A stretch of DNA of 64,000 nt from Chthoniobacter flavus. GTDB taxonomy: Bacteria > Verrucomicrobiota > Verrucomicrobiia > Chthoniobacterales > JACTMZ01. How positions within the stretch are numbered: position 1 is the first letter of the stretch; each line of letters opens with the position of its first letter. The notes under the pieces are model-generated. The model had not been told where the DNA came from, made no database searches, and was given only the letters and a program-made list of their open reading frames with translations. The translations under genes and the position numbers were made by a program. The stretch lies in assembly GCA_945878135.1 (NCBI GenBank), contig CAMDUL010000007.1:31598-95597 (forward strand), in the 5' to 3' direction. This document shows positions 60,046 to 64,000 of this stretch, one piece after another.

Positions 60046-60858
60046 GTGCCAACCCCGGCCACCATCCTCAGCATCCTCGGTCTCGAGCACAGCGGAACAA
60101 CCCTCCTTGTCCGCATCCTCCACAGCCACCCGGACGCCGTCAGCATCGGCGGCATGAAAAACCTTGCCGACTTCGCCACCGGCCGCCGCGCGTGCAGTTG
60201 CGGCGCCTCGTATGGCGATTGTCCGGTCTGGCTGGGCGTGGAAAGCGAATTGCAAAAGCGCGGACGCCAGCTTTCGCAGCTCTCCGACGCGATCAAGACC
60301 GGTGACGCCGCGACCATCGGCGACTTCTTCGCCTCGGTCGCCGCTTCATCCCATCGCCCCCTGCTCATCGAAAGTTCGCGCCAGCCTTCGTACCTCGATC
60401 TCCTCCCGGGCGCCCCGGATTTCCGGGCCACCGCCATCCACATCTTCAAGCATCCCGGCGCGCAGGCCTGGTCCGCCCATCGCGCGGGACGCTCCGTGCT
60501 CCGTGAAATGCGCCACTACCGGCGGCGCAGCCATGCGATTCTCCGCCGCTTGTCCGACCACCCCGCCGCCCTGCATATCGGTCACGACGACTTCTGTGCC
60601 GACCCGGACATTCATCTGCGCCGCATCCTCGCGCTCGCCGGTTTCCAGCCCGACCCGCAGCAACTCGAGACCTGGGGGGAAAAAGAAATGCACATCATCG
60701 GCGGCAACCGCATGAAGAGGGACCGGTCGTCCGCCATCAAGACGGACGCGGCATGGCGTCAGTCCCTCCCCCTCGTCCCCCGGTTGCTCGCCCGCCTCCT
60801 TGGTGGCGCTCCCTACCGCCGCAATCTCGCCGCCGCCCGCGCATGCGCGGACCTCTGA
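60046..60858 (+). CDS. sulfotransferase family protein
   Basis: In-frame GTG 60046 of ORF 59452..60858 gives (M)PTPATILSILGLEHSGTTLL, a PAPS-binding P-loop-like N-terminus. The upstream part of the ORF overlaps the uvrA-like gene and is rejected. Confidence 0.62.
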   Translation: MPTPATILSILGLEHSGTTLLVRILHSHPDAVSIGGMKNLADFATGRRACSCGASYGDCPVWLGVESELQKRGRQLSQLSDAIKTGDAATIGDFFASVAASSHRPLLIESSRQPSYLDLLPGAPDFRATAIHIFKHPGAQAWSAHRAGRSVLREMRHYRRRSHAILRRLSDHPAALHIGHDDFCADPDIHLRRILALAGFQPDPQQLETWGEKEMHIIGGNRMKRDRSSAIKTDAAWRQSLPLVPRLLARLLGGAPYRRNLAAARACADL

Positions 60859-60923
60859 ACACGCGCGACCACGTTCTTTGCCCCGTCCTTGCCCGAGCCG
60901 CGCATCCCGCTTAAACCCTTCCC

Positions 60924-62234
60924 GTGCTGAATTACATCTGGCTCGCCCTCGTTATCGGCGCCGTCCTTCTCGGCGGAGCAACCGGGCAACTCAAAGAAGT
61001 CACCACCGCCGCGTTCGACGCCTGCAAAGCCGCTGTCATGACCATCGCCCTGCCGCTGGCCGGCGTCATGGCCCTCTGGCTCGGCGTCATGCGGCTGGCC
61101 GAAAAATCCGGACTCACGCACGCCCTGGCCCGCGCTCTGCGGCCGCTCATGACCCGTATTTTCCCCGATGTTCCCGCGGAGCATCCCGCCATGGGCTCCA
61201 TGATCATGAACATGTCGGCCAACATGCTCGGCCTGGCCAATGCCGCCACACCGCTCGGACTGCGCGCCATGCAGGATCTGGAAAAGCTCAACCCGCGACC
61301 CGGCACCGCGACCAACGCGATGTGCACCTTCCTCGCGCTCAACACCAGCTCGGTCCAACTCATCCCCGCCAGCGCCGTGGCCATCCTCGCCGCCGCCGGT
61401 TCCGTCCAGCCCACCGCCATCATCGGCACCGCCCTCGTCGCGACCCTCTGCTCGACCTTGGCCGGACTCACCGCGGTCAAAACGCTGGAAAAACTCCCCT
61501 TCTACAAACTACCGCCCGTCACTCCCGCCGACGACCAGGCCAGAAAAATCGAACAAGCCGGCGCCCCGGAACCTGTCACCGTCGAACCGCCCGAACCTCT
61601 CGCCCTCTGGTCCCGCCTCCTCCTCGCCGCCTTTGGCGCCTTTTTTCTCTTTCTCCTCTGGCGCACCGCGGGCGAGGGCTATGACGGAGACCGCGGCTGG
61701 TTTGCATCTTATGTCACCGCCATTTCCCTCCTCGCCATCCCGTTCCTCCTTTCCTTTTTTCCCCTCTACGCCGCCCTCCGCCGGGTGCCCGTTTACGAGG
61801 AATTCGTCGAAGGCGCCAAGGAGGGCGTCCAAGTCGCCCTCCGTATCATCCCCTTTCTCGTCGCCATCTTGGTGGCCATCGGCATGTTCCGCGGCGCCGG
61901 CGGCATCGATCTCATCAGCCGCGCGCTCGATCCCGTTTTCCAAGTCGTCGGCTTCCCCGCCGAACTCCTCCCCATGGCCCTCATGCGCCCGCTGAGCGGC
62001 AGCGGCAGCATGGGCATCTTCTCCGAACTCGTCGCCGCCCACGGACCGGACAGCCTGCTCGCCCGCATGGCCGGCACCATCATGGGCAGCACAGAAACGA
62101 CGTTCTACGTTCTCGCCGTCTACTTCGGCTCGGTGGCCATCCACCGCACCCGCCACGCCGTCCCCGCCGGCCTCATCGCCGACCTCACCGGTATCATCGC
62201 CTCCATCGCCGTCTGCCGTCTCGTCTTCACTTGA
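60924..62234 (+). CDS. nucleoside-recognition-domain membrane protein (SpmA/SpmB-like fusion)
   Basis: 436 aa, polytopic. SpmA-like N-half (MLNYIWLALVIGAVLLG...NMSANMLGLANAATPLG) and SpmB-like C-half (MRPLSGSGSMG...GSTETTFYVLAVYFG). Confidence 0.8.
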   Translation: MLNYIWLALVIGAVLLGGATGQLKEVTTAAFDACKAAVMTIALPLAGVMALWLGVMRLAEKSGLTHALARALRPLMTRIFPDVPAEHPAMGSMIMNMSANMLGLANAATPLGLRAMQDLEKLNPRPGTATNAMCTFLALNTSSVQLIPASAVAILAAAGSVQPTAIIGTALVATLCSTLAGLTAVKTLEKLPFYKLPPVTPADDQARKIEQAGAPEPVTVEPPEPLALWSRLLLAAFGAFFLFLLWRTAGEGYDGDRGWFASYVTAISLLAIPFLLSFFPLYAALRRVPVYEEFVEGAKEGVQVALRIIPFLVAILVAIGMFRGAGGIDLISRALDPVFQVVGFPAELLPMALMRPLSGSGSMGIFSELVAAHGPDSLLARMAGTIMGSTETTFYVLAVYFGSVAIHRTRHAVPAGLIADLTGIIASIAVCRLVFT

Positions 62235-62379
62235 AAGCTTCGGCCGCTGGCCGGCCGCCCGCCCTACCGGTTTCCTCCGCCGTGCACCGGGCCGCAGCCC
62301 GTCCGCCGGCCCCAAGCCTCGCCTCCGCCGGCAACTTTTCCCCTTCCGCCGGCGTTCCGTCAGTGTAACTTTGCTCTCC

Positions 62380-63300
62380 ATGCCCGGCCTCAAAATCAAC
62401 CCCGAGCTGCACCAAGCGAAGAAGCCGGACTGGATCAGAGTCCGCCTGCCCTCGAACCCGGTCTTTTTCTCGACCAAGGCCCTCGTCTCCGACCTCCGCC
62501 TGCATACGGTGTGCGAGAGCGCGCAATGCCCGAACCGCTGGGAGTGCTGGAGCCAGGGAACGGCCACCTTCATGATCGCCGGCGACCGCTGCACGCGCGC
62601 CTGCGGATTTTGCGCCGTGACCACGGCCAAGCCGTTCGCTCTTGAACAGGACGAACCGCAACGCGTGGCCGAGGCGGTCATGCGGATGAAATTGAAACAC
62701 GTGGTCATCACCGCCGTGGCCCGCGACGATGTGCCGGACGGCGGAGCCTTGCATTTCGCGCAGACCATCGGGGCGATCCGCGAACGCGACGCGTCCATCA
62801 TCATCGAAGTTCTCGTTCCCGACTTCAACGGCAAGGACGATTCCCTGCGCACCGTGCTCGAAGCCGCGCCGCATATTTTCAACCACAACATCGAGACGGT
62901 CGAACGCCTCACGCCGGTCGTGCGCTCGCGCGCGAAATACACACTGTCCCTCCAATTCCTCGCCCGCGCCAAGGAACTAAGCCCCGGCATCACCACGAAA
63001 AGCGGTATCATGCTCGGACTCGGAGAGACTGAGACGGAGGTTTTCCAGGCGATGGACGATCTGCGCGAGCACGGCGTCGAAGTCCTGACCATGGGCCAAT
63101 ACCTGCGCCCCACACCGCAGCATCTTCCGGTCGTCGAATACATCCGGCCGGAAGTTTTCAATCTCTACGGCGACATCGCCCGCAACAAAGGCTTCACCCA
63201 CGTGGCCAGCGGACCGCTCGTGCGCAGCTCGTATCACGCGGCGGATTTCAATCCGCTGGAGGGCAAAGGGAAATCTTCTGCTTGTAGCGGCGGTCTGTGA
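62380..63300 (+). CDS. lipA: lipoyl synthase
   Basis: ATG 62380 (the ORF track begins at TTG 62371). Auxiliary-cluster motif CESAQCPNRWEC and radical-SAM motif CTRACGFC, plus GLGETE. The last five codons and the stop lie inside the REP arm. Confidence 0.95.
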   Translation: MPGLKINPELHQAKKPDWIRVRLPSNPVFFSTKALVSDLRLHTVCESAQCPNRWECWSQGTATFMIAGDRCTRACGFCAVTTAKPFALEQDEPQRVAEAVMRMKLKHVVITAVARDDVPDGGALHFAQTIGAIRERDASIIIEVLVPDFNGKDDSLRTVLEAAPHIFNHNIETVERLTPVVRSRAKYTLSLQFLARAKELSPGITTKSGIMLGLGETETEVFQAMDDLREHGVEVLTMGQYLRPTPQHLPVVEYIRPEVFNLYGDIARNKGFTHVASGPLVRSSYHAADFNPLEGKGKSSACSGGL

Positions 63301-63351
63301 CCGCCGGATACCGGGAATACAAAGGCACCGGCGGTCACAGACCGCCGCCAC
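63284..63351. repeat. paired REP-like palindromic element (two 24-nt arms, 20-nt spacer)
   Basis: GTAGCGGCGGTCTGTGACCGCCGG (63284..63307) and CCGGCGGTCACAGACCGCCGCCAC (63328..63351). The second arm is preceded by AAGGCA, as in the copy at 9794..9823. Confidence 0.8.
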
Positions 63352-63358
63352 ACCTCCG

Positions 63359-64000
63359 ATGGAAAAAAGCGGACGCTACATCGTCATCACCGGCATCTCC
63401 CGCGGCTGCGGACGCGCGCTGGCCGAATATTATCTGGCCTGCGGGCACCGCGTGGCCGGTTGCGCGCGCTCGCAGGACGTGGTGGACGAACTCCGTGCCG
63501 AACACGGTCCGCTCCATCATTTCACCGCGGTCGATGTCTCGGACAATGATGCTGTCCGCGTCTGGGCCTGCGACGTCCTCGCCCATTCCGGTGCACCCGA
63601 TTTGCTGGTCAACAACGCGGCGGTCATTGCCGGCAATGCCCCGCTCTGGGAAATCCCCGTGCACGAATTCGATTCCGTCATCGACGTGAACATCAAGGGC
63701 ACCGCCCATGTCCTGCGCCATTTTCTTCCCGCTATGATCCATCGCGGCGCGGGCGTGGTCGTCAATTTCAGCTCCGGTTGGGGACGCTCGACCTCACCCG
63801 AAGTTTCCGCCTACTGCGCCAGCAAGTGGGCCATCGAGGGCATGACGCAGGCGCTCGCCCAAGAACTCCCGAAGGGACTCGCGGCGGTATCACTCAATCC
63901 TGGCATCATCAACACCGACATGCTGCAGAGTTGCTTCGGTAAAGTGGGCGCGGCGCAATATCCGACGGCCGATGAATGGGCGACGGCAGCCGGACCATAT
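63359..64000 (+). CDS. short-chain dehydrogenase/reductase (SDR), 3'-truncated by window end
   Basis: My own translation from ATG 63359 gives MEKSGRYIVITGISRGCGRALA (TGxxxGxG), NNAAV, and the SS...YCASK catalytic motif. The frame is open to the window end, so it is not in the ORF track. Confidence 0.85.
   Translation, partial: MEKSGRYIVITGISRGCGRALAEYYLACGHRVAGCARSQDVVDELRAEHGPLHHFTAVDVSDNDAVRVWACDVLAHSGAPDLLVNNAAVIAGNAPLWEIPVHEFDSVIDVNIKGTAHVLRHFLPAMIHRGAGVVVNFSSGWGRSTSPEVSAYCASKWAIEGMTQALAQELPKGLAAVSLNPGIINTDMLQSCFGKVGAAQYPTADEWATAAGPY

Overview
This is a visibly GC-rich, very gene-dense chromosomal segment with about 70 genes on both strands and many 4-nt ATGA start/stop overlaps. The protein content suggests a Verrucomicrobia/PVC-type diderm, but that is inference only.

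Most of the window is housekeeping: ruvC-lipB-rlmH, gnd, tRNA-Val, pyrG-kdsB-gmhB-hldE(kinase), phoH, tRNA-Pro, pabB, rho, glyA, sod, nnr, nuoH-N, lipA and a partial SDR.

Features worth follow-up:
1. A two-gene module of unrecognised secreted proteins occurs twice. One copy is translationally coupled to the 3' end of a feoA-feoA-feoB-(Cys-rich peptide) operon. That operon carries a 7-1-7 palindrome in its promoter region.
2. An 11-gene Gsp (type II secretion) cluster has the non-canonical order G-H-I-J-K-L-M-C-D-E-F. It is preceded by a coupled TPR/secreted-protein pair, followed by a coupled L,D-transpeptidase, and has no prepilin peptidase.
3. A 1835-aa tandem UvrA-UvrA fusion carries four ABC modules.
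4. A low-molecular-weight phosphatase is fused in frame to GlyA. The fusion depends on the length of an A7 homopolymer.
5. A family of nested-palindrome REP-like elements sits exactly at gene 3' ends and donates stop codons to kdsB, the UvrA fusion and lipA.
6. A 47-codon yebC remnant lies in the long leader of a rho gene whose N-terminus is an Arg/Gly/Asp-rich low-complexity region.

I saw no CRISPR array, transposase, integrase or prophage genes. Many long ORFs in the six-frame track are antisense artefacts of GC-rich coding sequence and were rejected.
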